From Camelus dromedarius (Eukaryota), in the NCBI RefSeq assembly GCF_036321535.1, contig NC_087437.1, positions 88,166,001 to 88,230,000 of the forward strand: a DNA stretch of 64,000 nt. The letters are read 5' to 3'. Made by a program: the position numbers and the translations under genes. Of the stretch, positions 51,743-64,000 are shown in pieces. Under the pieces are notes generated by a model. The model ran no database searches. It had not been told where the DNA came from and saw only the letters and a program-made list of their open reading frames with translations. Position 1 is the stretch's first letter; each line of letters starts with the position of its first letter.

Positions 51743-52769
51743 AGCCATTCTTTTCTCATTAACTCATTTATTCATTCATCATTATTCAAAGATATGTGCC
51801 GAACAGTGAATTAAGTGTTAGGGATCAAAATACATGTTTTCATCTCTCAAAGAACACAGATTCTCATCGTGGAGACGCACTTAAACAAATAATTGTTATT
51901 CCACATAATAAATGGACATTGTAGTCTGCACAAAGTGACACAGTAGTACAAAGGAAGGTGGGACTGGAAGGTTAATGATGATGGTAACAATGTGTACTAG
52001 CTACCATTATTGTCATCAAAAGCAATAGAAATATCTATTAAGATGGTTAAATATGAAAATAGAAATTACTCTGTAAAGGCTAAAGAACTACACAAATGGA
52101 AGCAACTATTGTCCAGTAAATTTCTCCAGAAATTTAACATTTATTAAACACTGGTTTAATAAATAAAAATAAATACAAAAGGAAAGACTCTAAAACAACA
52201 CTGGCGTTAACAGTATTCATTCTGGTATGGGTTTTTTATATTAATTTTGAAAATTAAAGACATTTTAGCTAGTGAAACATAACTCTCCTTGTCAAAACAC
52301 ATGCCTGTGCAAGGGCACACATACACAAACACACACACACGTGCACTCAAGTTGGTTATAAAATGGTTTTACTAATACTACAGAAAATTGAGTTTCTTAA
52401 GGGCAGTCTTACAAAACAGCTCGATATATTATTTAAAATTACTTAAATTTCCAATAAGTCTATAAGCCATTGGAAGGAACTACTTAATTTTTTCTTTTAT
52501 TGCAATAAAGTCCATGACTTACCAACATTAAAACTTTCACTTATGATAAAAAATTGAAAAATACTGTGTGAATTACAGACTTGCTTTTGGTCTTCACAGA
52601 ATGTTAAGAATATTGTATATTTGGAAAGACAATCATTAAAAGTCATCTGTCCATTAGTCACTGAAATAATAAAACTCTACTAATTAGTTAAGTATGTTGG
52701 GTACGTATGCACTGCTAGCTAGGAACCAGGCATGGTTGCTAGTCCTGGTTTCCCTCTCAGGTAGCTTCT

Positions 52770-52920
52770 ATCAGTGTCATTATTTCAATAGATGAGGAAA
52801 CTGAGACAAAAAAATGAACTGACTAGCTGAGAGCATCACAGCCATTAAGAGGTGGAGATGGAATACAAACCTGGATCTGTGTGATCTAGGCCTTGAAGTC
52901 CTAGCAGTCAACCTCATGCT
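52770..52920 (-). mobile_element. MIR SINE fragment
   Basis: 'atagatgaggaaactgagac...atcacagc...ggtggagatgg.at.caaacc'. Confidence 0.75.
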
Positions 52921-53579
52921 GACTTTTCCAGGCCTAAAAAAAACAAATGAAAACAGACTTACGGGAAACATCTCAGCTTTGGAAAAAAGGGAAATGTCTT
53001 CCCTAAAATAATATCTGATCTTAAGCCCCAAATTACTTTAATTTGTAGTAGTATGTGTGTGTGTGTGTGTATATATACATAAATACACATGTATTTTGCC
53101 TACTTTATGTGTGTATGTATGTGTACGTGTACATCCATCTATCAATCCACTCACACACAGCATCTTACAATTCTAATTTAGAATTTCAGTCACACATCAC
53201 ATGTAGTTTACCGACTAGAGGGATCCCAATTTGGGTTTTACATCCAAATATATCATCTCTGTCCTAGAAATAAAACCACTGAATTGGGAATATAACTATC
53301 AGATAATTTACAACAGTCAAAATACTCTTTCTACTAAGTAGTGTCCTGTCATACACAAAATATTCTCCTGAGTTAAGTAGCCAATGTATACATTTTTCAA
53401 AATAGAACAAAGTAACTTTCCTTCAAAATTAATCAGAATTTAACATGTAAGCTTTAATTCCAAGTTACTTATTAAAATGCAAGTAGATGCTTTTTTTCAG
53501 ATGAAAAAGTTAATTTGTGTACAAGTCCAAGGTGTATAAGAATAAAAAAGACACCTTAAAAAAAAGTGCTTTATGGGGT

Positions 53580-53745
53580 ACCAGGGTCATCTGCGTTACT
53601 TGTTGAAATACTGTTTCCCTGATCCCAGATTACAGGTTCTGATCCAGTAGATCAGGAATGAGGCCAAGAAACACGGATTTTCAAAAAAATAGGTAGATTA
53701 GTTTATTTTTACATAGCTGGTTCAGCGACAACAGTTGGGAAATAA
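53580..53745. mobile_element. MER5-like hAT MITE, decayed
   Basis: 'cttgttgaaata...ttctgatccagtagatc.gg..tgaggccaagaa'. Confidence 0.55.
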
Positions 53746-54226
53746 CTTTAAGAGGAAAAGAGTTAAGGCTTTTATTTTTAATTTTTCCCTAGTTACAGTT
53801 TGGAAACATAGGCACTTAAGAAAGGCAGAAGCCTATTTGCTCTATATGCCCATGTTTAAAAGCAACTCTTAAAGGAAGCAGAGTCCACTGATGGAAATAA
53901 TGGCAATTTTACTAGCAGTTTAGGTCGAGAATAAAGAACACTGCAGACAAAGCAGCTTAAAAAGTCTAAACAAGATGCAAAATCTCTCATATGTGGCCTT
54001 CCCTTGACAGCTGAAGAAAAGGTGTTGATCAGACCCTCACATCCTAAAGAGGAAACTTCAGGTAAGGAAATGGTGATTTCAGGGCACTTAAACCCTGTCA
54101 CACCAGTCTGAAGCTGGCAAGTTTGAAGACAAAAGCAAACAAAACAACAAACAAGGAAAATAAAACTTCACAAATGTTTTCTCTATTCATCCACTATCCA
54201 GAAGGTTTTTCAAACCTGAGACTGTT

Positions 54227-54340
54227 TTTTCTTTTCCTTAATGGAGGTACTAGGGACTGAACCCAGGACCTTGTGCACGCTAGGCATGTGCTCTACCACT
54301 AAGCTATACCCTTCCCACCTCCCTACCCCCAGTCCCTGTT
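54227..54340 (-). mobile_element. tRNA-Ala-derived short SINE (camelid Vic-1-like)
   Basis: Minus strand reads GGGAAGGGTATAGCTTAGTGGTAGAGCACATGCCTAGCGTGCACAAGGTCCTGGGTTCAGTCCCTAGTACCTCCA plus an A-rich tail; A and B boxes present; imperfect TSD CCTGAGACTGTT (54215-54226) / CCTGAGTCTCTT (54341-54352). Confidence 0.88.
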
Positions 54341-54774
54341 CCTGAGTCTCTTGATAAGTTTAAACTGTCTCAAATAAAGCTTTCAAACATCATTATTTTG
54401 CTATTATTGTAACCCCTGATAATGTCAAATGTGAAACCCTGGGGTGATCTGACAAAGATGCAGCTTAATTCTCTGAAAAGGACAAAAGCTTTTGCCTTTA
54501 TTATGAATTTTACTGCAAAATATGCACTTTGATGACACTTCTTACAAGAAAGAGTATTTCTTTATATATGTATGTATGTGTGTGCATATATATCATACAT
54601 ATTATACATGTACCATATATATATTATTAACTGTTTCTAGGATCACATTCACTTCATGAAGGAAACACCTTTTTAAGTTCAGTTTGCTTTAAAATATTTT
54701 TAAGACTCATGCAAGACACGGCTTTTAGCTTCAGTTTATTCAGTGTGTTTCTTCTAGCCTCCAGGCAAATGTCA

Positions 54775-54925
54775 CCTTGTAGGGGTTAAACGCACAGCCT
54801 TGTAATATTAGAGAATTTGTAATCCTTACCACCTGTGTGATTTTAGACAAGTCACTTAACCTCCCTAATTCTCAGTTTCCTTACGGATGACAGTAGGACC
54901 TACCATACTATCAGTAATAATAATA
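54775..54925 (+). mobile_element. MIR SINE fragment
   Basis: 'cttaccacctgtgtgattttagacaagtcacttaacctc.ct...tctcagtttcct'. Confidence 0.8.
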
Positions 54926-57900
54926 GTCCATGGGGATGATTTTAGTATCTTCTTTTGTAGTTGTGACAGTAACAATAATCTACTGTTGAAGTATAATTTT
55001 CAAAAGTTAACAATATGACTCCTATACAAATATAAAATCCACATGCGTCAAATATTTTATTCAACTCAATTAATGAATAAACGAAACAGATGGCAAGGCT
55101 AATTCAGAGCATTCTGAGGATCTGGGTATTTGTAGGCATCCTGAAATATTTTACAAGATTCCTAGGTAAGATACAAAACTGATTAATATTTATGGGATCA
55201 CAATGATTATGGGATCACAGGCCATAACAGTTGGGTTTACTTTTCTTGTGGATAGAAATTATTTCTATCTGTATTAGAATAAAAATTTACAAGTTAACAG
55301 GTGACTTCACTAAGTCTGGACTTTTCATCAACAGCAAACAGTGATTTTAAAAATGCACATTCTCTAGATTATTAAGTAATTTGGAGTGGGCCTGTTAGAA
55401 ATTAAAAGCACACACCTCTGCCTTGTTTACACATCTTAAATAATTTTTCTTAATACCATTTACTGTACAAGGACCCTATTAAAGTTAGTTACTAATATTT
55501 TATCATTCTTTTGTATTTTATAGGCCAAAATGTTTTGTTCACCCCAATTAGGTTATCACTTTTCTGTATCATAATGCTTGTACATGAGATTAGCAAATTC
55601 CTCTCAGATATATAAGACCACCTAAAAAAAAGTTTTTTAGACTACACTGAGGTCACACACTACTCTTACTACTCTCAAGAACCGGAAGGATAATTATGGA
55701 TTTACAGCAAATATTGCTTGATTAATTGACTCTATTCTCATTCATCAACTATTGATTAAATGTCAGACTCTGAGGATATTGCACTGAATAGGACACAGTC
55801 CCTTCTTTCATGGAAATGTATGTAATAGTTATTTATGTGTAATATTTATTTAAAACTCATTTATACTTAAGATAGCAATGCATGTGCCTTCAGCATTGAT
55901 TAGAAAAATAAACTACGGTATTTTTGTTAAGTGGAAGCAATTTTCACCCAGAAACTTCTTTACACAACGTAGATTATCTGGAGCAAGTCCATGAAGTTGC
56001 ACACTCGTTTTTTATCCAAAGTATTTTTCTGTGTTTTAAAGTAACCAAGATTCAGTGAGACGTCACTAAATACACATCAGACAGATCTTTTAAAGTCTAT
56101 TTTGCTGTCATTAATTTCCAGATATTTTTAATAAGAGAATTTTTTCCATAAAGTGAACAAGAAAAATCATGAGAAATTAGTATTTTTATGATGATAAACC
56201 AGAGCATAAAATGAGCTAATAATAAAATTCTATTATTATAATACATATCATTTATGTTATGACCAAGAATATTCCCGTTGTTCTGAAAATATACCTAAGT
56301 GCATAGGCTGATGGACTCATTGAGATTTTTCATACTACTCTTCATTGAGTCCACACATGTGGGTATTTTTTGTTATCTGGAAACCCACACATATAGGTGA
56401 ATTTACACATAATGAATGGATTTTACTTTATGCTGTGGTTCTAAGGAAAGCTGTTTAAACTTTTCCCCCAAAATGATACACATAAAGACACGTACATTTT
56501 TTGTACATAATTTCAAGGGGCTCAAAGACCCCCTAGGATTGTATTCTAGAGTAACAAATACGCTACAGAAACTTATGTCTACATTAAAAATGTAAATGCC
56601 CAGTGAGGATTTGGTTTTTTAAGCTCTGCCAAATTATTTTCAAAACGAAAAATTCATTTTCAAATCTGATAATGGGACTCAATTTATTTTCTAAATAAGA
56701 CTAAAGGTCAAGTTTGCTTAAATTAGGGGAACACAACTGTATACATCGGACTAAAGATATTTGGGGGTTAAAAATTTTAAACAAGGAACAGTGGGTAGTC
56801 ATTTCATTGAGATCATATTTATACTTTTATTGTCAATATTAATTATTGGTTTTAACTGAGGGTATCAGTAATTTTTTAAACTATTTACAAATTGTATACA
56901 CCTTTGATTATTAAATAGTGAGGTCTCCATCATTATTTTTACAAACAGTTTAAATAAATGATTCTTTTTCTAAATGTGGACCTGTATATTATCTCCATGG
57001 GAGTAACAGTGTGTCGTGCATGAGTGACTAGTTCACTTGAAGCCACAAACAGTGGTAATTACATGCTTGGTGAACAGAAGGCGAATGTGCAAACCTAGAT
57101 GCAGCATTTCTCTGTCCCACCCGAGCCAGGGTGAAGGTGGGCATGTAAACAAGAGATCCCTAAGGAAACAGGAAATCCCTGTAGAAAAACTGTAAGGAGT
57201 ACATTAGTAAGGGTACATCCTCCTTCTCAAGAATGGAGGATTTCTCCCTCCTGCCAACTTTGGAGGATTTAGATTTTTAACTTATTAAGAAAGGTGACAA
57301 TTTCTTTTGGCACATCCAATATATCATATGCTTATCTGACAATTTCAGATTCTTCATGTTACATACAAATATAGAATGTTACTTATCCTCAAAAAATAAT
57401 GAATGAAAATGAGTATCTTTTTAGAAATTAGTGGATAATTTTTTCATGAAATCACCCCCAAAAAATCAGAATTTGGAGACAAGGCTGAGGTTTTGTAACA
57501 GGCAGAAGGAAGTGCTGGTGAGGCTGTAAAGGAAGCTCTCTGTTGCTGCTGTGTTTGCTCCAGTGTACTGGTAGGTTGGGTGGTAAGCCCCTTCAACGGG
57601 AGAGGCAGAACCAAAGACAGCACCAGGACAGATCTTATTGATGTTAAAAAAAAATTTTTTTTGCATGCTGACTTTGCATAATAAATAAAAATCATTACTT
57701 GTCCACCCTTGAAATGGGACCACACCTGCAAATGATTTTCTGTTGACTGAAAAGCACTTGAAAAATCCAGAATGGAAACAAGAGTAATTTTTTTCGTTGT
57801 TGTTTGTTTGCTTTGTTGCTTGGGAAGAAGTGGATTTGATAAAGCACGAAATAATTACTTGCACTTTTTGGTCTGGAAAGCTGAATCAAAGTATTAAGCC

Positions 57901-60149
57901 ATATTTTCAAATGAAAATCCACACTCAAAGTGTTTTGTACTTAGTTCTTAGAAAGTCTATTCTATTATAAAAGCCAAAATGAAGATTTATTTCATTTTAA
58001 ATTTTTAAGGGTTAGATATGAATTTTGTGGTTGATTCAAGTCCTTTGGTTTCTGATTTCACTCTATTTCCCTTACTCTCTACTTAGTGTCTAATTTACTG
58101 CTGATCAAGCCGCTCCTCCACGGGTGAGGTGTCAAATGAAAAGGATACAATCTACACAAATTAATTCTCAACTCTAAGCAATGTTAAGAAGCTCACTGGG
58201 AATAAAGGTTTATTGTGCTCTTTTAAAATAAAATTTTGGATTATCTGTGGATTTCAATTTTCCATTCCCCATTGTTACAGATAATTAAGAGTTGTATTTA
58301 TACTTAAACTGTATTTGTTATAAAATTCCCTTATAAAGTAATGAAAAGGGCCTAAAAATATTCTTATCTTTCCCCAGGCATGAGACTTACATTTTTAATG
58401 CTTTACTAAATGAACTTGAACGACATTCTCAGCTCACGTTATGTCAGAGAGTACAAGCTCCCCACTTCGTCAGTTATTTTACAAAGTGGGTTTTTGAAAA
58501 TTCTCATGCACAAACTGAAGACTGTAGAGACATATAACAACCTACTGGATATCTTAAGAGATGAGACAGAATTTATAGAAGGATCTTAAAATAATGTAAA
58601 TAATATAAAACATCACCAATATGGGAAGGGACGGTACTGTTACACTCTCCCATTCCCATTCCCAGATGGCACTATAGAAACCTTCAGACCTCCTGGCCTA
58701 GGTCTACCGAAGAGCAGGCTTTAATGGCTACATGTTTAAACGCTCTCCTCCCTCTGACCTTTATAATTCAGTGATGAAGAGCCTGTGAAGGAAACTGGAG
58801 AAGTTCATTAAGTTACCCTGGGAGAGAGGGGTGTAGATCTCTTACGGACTGGTTGTACCGAAGCTAAATATGGTACAATAACTGGATGCCAGTTGTTCCT
58901 ATATCTCTTCATCCTTTTCCAAGTAAGGTGCTTTTCTCAGGGCTATGATAATAGAGATGTATTTTTTGGCACCGAATTGCAACATGAAAGTATTTGGGGA
59001 GGAAAAGGTTAAGTGTTTATTTTGAAAGCTGTTGAAATTACGCGTCATTGCTTTCCAATTTATTTATTTAATAAACTGAATAAAATATGATTAATTTTTC
59101 TAAGGACTTTTTTTTTAAAACAGGGCTTTGAAATTTCTCAGCTTTGAAATCTCAATTGCACAATGTTATTTTCATGCAAATGAAATGCACACATACTGGA
59201 GTATTCATTTAGGTTTTCAAATCCTGGTGTTCAGTTATATGAAAATAGTGCTTGCATAAAAATTATATTTGTCTAAAATATAGAATAGAAAATAGTAGCA
59301 TAATTTGACAAATAAAATCTATGAAAAGGAAATTATTTAAATAGGTAGGGGCACTGGAAATAATGATAACAACACCTTCCATGATCCACTAATAAGCTAG
59401 GAACCGTCAAGCATATTCTAGGTGCTGTGGTACTGTCATCCATTCAACGTGTTTCCATGATAGTGGATAAGAGAAACAGTACACAAATGGTACTAATATG
59501 ACAAGACACGTGTTTGTAGAGACATATCAACGTGCAATGGAAACACTAAGCTGGGAAAAACTGACTCCCTGAGATGAGGCAAAGGTTGACAATACTTTAT
59601 AGAGGATTCTACCTGAGAATATTAGACATTTACTGGACATCTAATCAGAGAAAGGCTTCCTAATTGGAGAGACTGGTCATGTATGGCACAGAGGAGTGAA
59701 AAGACCATGAACTTTATGAGGACACCAAGTGATTAAGAAGTATGTGTCAGAGCTGAGTTTGTAAAAATATGCAAGGATAGAGTACAGAGGCTAAGACATC
59801 TATGGCTTTGCTTGTGACCCAGGGAGAATCACTGATACATACTAAAATAAGAAAATAGCATGAAGGAAATAGTTTCCAGCTATTCTAGAATGAGGATTTG
59901 CAGAAGCATAAAAAGAAACAGGTTCCCTGATACAAAACAGAGTCTCATTCAGGTTCCCTTATCCTAGGTGAGGGGAATAAAGAAATCCTCCCTACCCAAA
60001 AGATATCAGTATGAGAGGGTGGAGAAAGCATGCAGGATTTCTACAAGTGCGTTTTGGGCAGCATATGATGGTGCCTAAAAGTGGTAGGAGAATGCAAGAT
60101 GGGAACGAACACATGGTGAGCATCCAACACATGTCAGGAAGTGTCTTTG

Positions 60150-60330
60150 AGTACACATAATCTTTGAGATTTTCATAACAACCCTATGAAGTATGAATTA
60201 TTATCTCAAAGTTAAATATGGTTAAACTAAGCTCCAGAGTGGTGAATTCACCCAAGACAATACCACTGGTATAACCAGAGACAGGATCTGAATCCCTGCC
60301 TGTCTGGTATCACAACTCACACTCTTTTTG
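60150..60330 (-). mobile_element. MIR SINE fragment
   Basis: 'cataacaaccctatgaagta...attattatc...aaactaagctccagag...cccaag...ggat.tgaatcc'. Confidence 0.7.
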
Positions 60331-61549
60331 TAGAATCTCCTCTCTCGGGTAGCCTCTCTGCAATTGAGTATATAGTACCAAGGTGACCGACCATTCCCAA
60401 ATCCTAGTGCCTTTCAGGGAGAAGGTTCTGGGACACGATTCTGAGCTGATCCCTCTCTGGTTTTATGGGGAGAGGGTGGTGCAAATAGAAGCTGGGTCAA
60501 TACACCTCTGTGAGGTTAGGATAGGTTAACCTTTCAAAGTCACAGTGCTAGAGAAAAGGGAACAGATGCCAGAAATATTCTGTAAGCAGAACTGAGAGGA
60601 TATGGTGACCTATTTGATAGATGAAACGAAGGGGAGCAGAGCATTAAGAAATGGCTCTTCTGGCTTGGGAGACTGGATGAAAGAAGGTCCAATCAATCAA
60701 CACACAGAAGATGGGAGGAGGTACAAGGTCCATGTTTAGGAGATCAAATTAGGCCTGAAAACAATAAGACATATTTTAGTAACTATTCAAATAAATCCAG
60801 GAGAGAGAAACCAATTTTACAACAGCACACTTCATATATTTTTCTCGTAATTCATATATTGCAGGCCCAGGCTAATGAACGCTAGAGTGAACTATAAAAT
60901 TCATTATTAGTCAGGTCAGGACAATTCTGAGGATTATTATTTAATATCACTTAAGTATATCAAATAGAACATTAAGATCTGAAACAGACACTCCTTTTCT
61001 GGTGAGACAATACGCAAATCATACTAGAAAGTTCATTTATTATGCTATGGTCTGAAAAGTTGTTAGGGCAAATAAGACATTATGATGAGCAAGAAAACAG
61101 ATTTATTACCATGACATATTTTTATGTGCTTTGGCTATTGCACACTTTGGAATGACCTGGCATAATAATACTTAACGATCACTATATTCAAGTCTGAACA
61201 TCATTTTTGACTATGGGAAGAAAGACAAAATATGTTCCTAAGTTTAAAAATTCAGGATGTAGGGAAAGATGATTGGAGAGGTGGACAGTTCAAACAAAAA
61301 TAAAAACAAATTTCCTTGTCTTGTTTTTTGGGAGCCTTCATTTGTGTAGAACTATCTTGAGTTGAAAATAGGGAGAATTATTTGAATCAATATGACATTT
61401 TTGGCTCTCTGTATTCAAAAGGAATGTAAGGACGTATTTCACAAGTAAAGAACAATGAAAGCACACCTAACACACTGATGATTGTGTGCAGCTTGTCAAT
61501 CTGATTCTTACAATTCCAAGCCTACTTCTACTGAGGGATTCATGCTATG

Positions 61550-62320
61550 GCTGTGAATTCATTCTTTCACAAGCAGTATTGAACATCTACAATGTCAGGC
61601 AGTAGTATAGGTATGCAACTGGGAAGAAAACTGAAAAAGTCCTTCCTTAATAGGAGGGAGAGAAATAAACAGATCAACAGATTAGCATAATATCCAGGAG
61701 GGGGTTGTGCTATGAAGAGTGATAAATGAAAAGGCCTGTTTTATATAGATGAGCTTTAAATAGTGGCCAGGGATCCAACCATGTAGTGTTTCATAGGGCA
61801 TGATAACGGGTATATATTAGAGTAGAGCCAATAGGACTTGCTGATGGATTCGACTGGGTTCAGAGGGAAAAAGAGGATCAAGAACGACAGTCATATTTTT
61901 GGACTTAAGCCACCAGGGGTTTATGGTACTATAAGAAATATAGGGAAAATCTGAGGAGGAACTTAGATGGAACTTTAAGAAGATGATTAGGGATATATTT
62001 ATTAGCTGTACAAATAAGTAGATGTGACATCTTTGTAGACGGAGAGAGAGAGAGAGAGAGATGTAGATCTGACCTACAAAGGAAGATGCGGCAGAGCCAC
62101 TGAGATCTAAGTCTAGAGGTCATGGGGAATTCAGGGCTGGGACTATAAATGTGGAAAACCGTGTATGTAAAATTTTTCTAAGCCATGGGAACAACTGAAA
62201 CAACTTGTATGTGTATAAAGAAAGGAGAAGGGCTGAAAAGAGACTCCTAGAGTATTCCAACATCTAGAAGTCCTGAAAAGGATGAGCAGCAAGGTAGACC
62301 GTGTGTGGACAAAAGAGCCT
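61550..62320 (-). mobile_element. L2 fragment
   Basis: 'attcattc..tca.caag..gtattgaacatctacaatg.cagg', 'gtagagccaataggacttgctgatggatt', 'gggctgg.actataaat.tgg'. Confidence 0.75.
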
Positions 62321-62749
62321 TGAATCAGAACACCTCTGATCACTACATCACTTCTCTCTAACTCAAACTGGCAACCCACTACAGCTCATAAACTGTTTTG
62401 ATATTCTCTATCATAACTGAGACTCAATGCACTGGGAAAATAAAAATCTGTTACAAAAAATATGATAAGGAATGGGGACCACTGGGATTTCTAAATCCAG
62501 AATTACAAATTAGTATATACTTAAAAATATTTTTTCACAGATGGTAACATTTTGGCTTTCCGTTTAACAAAAAAATAATTATTTTATTAAACAGGTACTT
62601 CTAGTTGTGGTATCATAGCTTACATAGTACAGTATGTCATGCTGTCTCCTCAAAAATATTAAAATTCATATATGTGGCAACACAATTATCATAGTTGCAT
62701 TAATCTTTTAAATAATTTCTATAAAACTTGAAATTTTATAAAACATTCT

Positions 62750-62930
62750 TTGATTAACTCAGATAACTGTGTAAGGTTTGGAAAGTAAATATTATTAACA
62801 CCGTTTTGCTAGTAAGCTTACTGGCATTCAGAGAGGTTGACTAATTTGAATAATGTCATCCAGCTAGGAGAGCTAGAAGATATACGACCTGAACAGGGAT
62901 CTTATAACTCTTAATCCATCACCTTTCCAA
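62750..62930 (-). mobile_element. MIR SINE fragment
   Basis: 'attcagagaggttgactaatttg...gtcatccagcta'. Confidence 0.6.
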
Positions 62931-64000
62931 GATCATCGTTTATTATACAGTTTGATTTCTTATTTACACTTAGAATCAGAGGCATGCAAGTTAGTTGTGC
63001 AGGTTGTGCACTGTATGGGTACGCTATGATCAGTCCCTTCACACCAGGCAGTAAATAGTGGCTGTGATTAAAATAATATTTGACTTTGACTATTACTTAA
63101 AATAACCTCAGAAACATTGTGAGATAAGAGCTAAAACCAATTTGTTACTCTATCAGGGATAATTATCATTTTTCCAAACAAGAAAAAAAAAACTGGATTT
63201 TTCAAATGATGATGATAAAGATTGTTAAAGCTAAAATTCTGCAGGTTTTCTTTCTGATATGATATTTTATGTCTATTTTTCATTTTCTAGAAATACTTCT
63301 CTTAATTCACTGTGTCCTTGCTTCATGTTCACTCCCTTAAATGCTCCCCTACCAGAGTTCTACGTGTCTGTCCTGTCTTCTCCCTGCAGGTCCTGGGGCC
63401 TGTCCTTCCTTTCACCTTTAAGCATTACTGGCCACTGGTGAACCAATTAATCAGTGCTGGTGGCCTTTCTTAGAAACAGTGCCCATACTGACTTTCATCC
63501 CCTACGGTGTCACTTCTGCTTTAGTTCCCTGATTTACCACATTGTTTTTCCATTTTCTCCCTAATTCTCAACTTATTTTTCTTCATCATTTAAATCTGAG
63601 AATGCTCACCATATTGTGATAGATTCAATTATTGGTTTTCATCACCACTCTGCCTCCTTATGCTCCTGCTCTTGTGAGAAGTTAGTGAAAGGTTCACAGT
63701 CAGTTTAATCTCACCCTCTCTTCCTAGTCCCTCTTTTAAAAAAAGAGAATGAAACAAACTATATCTCTTTATTCTTCCAAAATTTTTCCAGCGACAATAA
63801 ACCCTGGCCCTGATGTACTGATACAACCATAGTACCACCTTCCCCTTCCCTACCAACAGCCACTTTTTAAAGTGAAACATCAGGTTTACAAATCAAAGAA
63901 AATAAAAAGGCTTGTGTGTATGTACGTGTGTGTATAGATAAACTATAATAACTGCATTATGTGTGTGTGCGTAGATAAACTGTAAGTGCATTATGAAATG

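Noticed and set aside
54240..54316. Functional tRNA-Ala gene
   Set aside because: Stem mismatches, an A-rich tail and a flanking TSD indicate a SINE.
57444..57864. Minus-strand ORFs with a short Gln run
   Set aside because: No recognisable homology and no convincing flanking splice pair.
58378..58537. Plus-strand terminal exon after 'tctttccccag'
   Set aside because: The frame closes after about 52 codons, within chance range for this window; unrecognised product.
1..64000. CRISPR array, operon or other prokaryotic/phage system
   Set aside because: No regular repeat-spacer array and no gene-dense coding; the content is eutherian interspersed repeats.

Overview
AT-rich mammalian nuclear DNA, non-coding as far as I can tell, with a large share made of interspersed repeats. 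A tRNA-Ala-derived short SINE (~54.2-54.3 kb) resembling the camelid Vic-1 family, plus cetartiodactyl-type L1 3' ends, point to a camelid genome (inference). I found no intact protein-coding gene, rRNA, true tRNA gene or CRISPR array. The only recognisable protein-like frames are decayed LINE-1 ORF1/ORF2 pieces. Most LTRs and long L1s lie on the + strand, which fits an intron of a minus-strand transcript. Several weak minus-strand exon candidates exist, but I cannot assign them to a gene. The most notable structures are a ~1.9 kb ORF1-only 'half-L1'-like element with a T-rich tail, an interleaved MaLR/L1 mosaic with a locally templated copy, several nested insertions with target-site duplications, and a repeat-free block with a hairpin, an AP-1 site and a G-quadruplex motif. 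Repeat family names come from remembered consensus motifs, not a database search, and most repeat boundaries are approximate.
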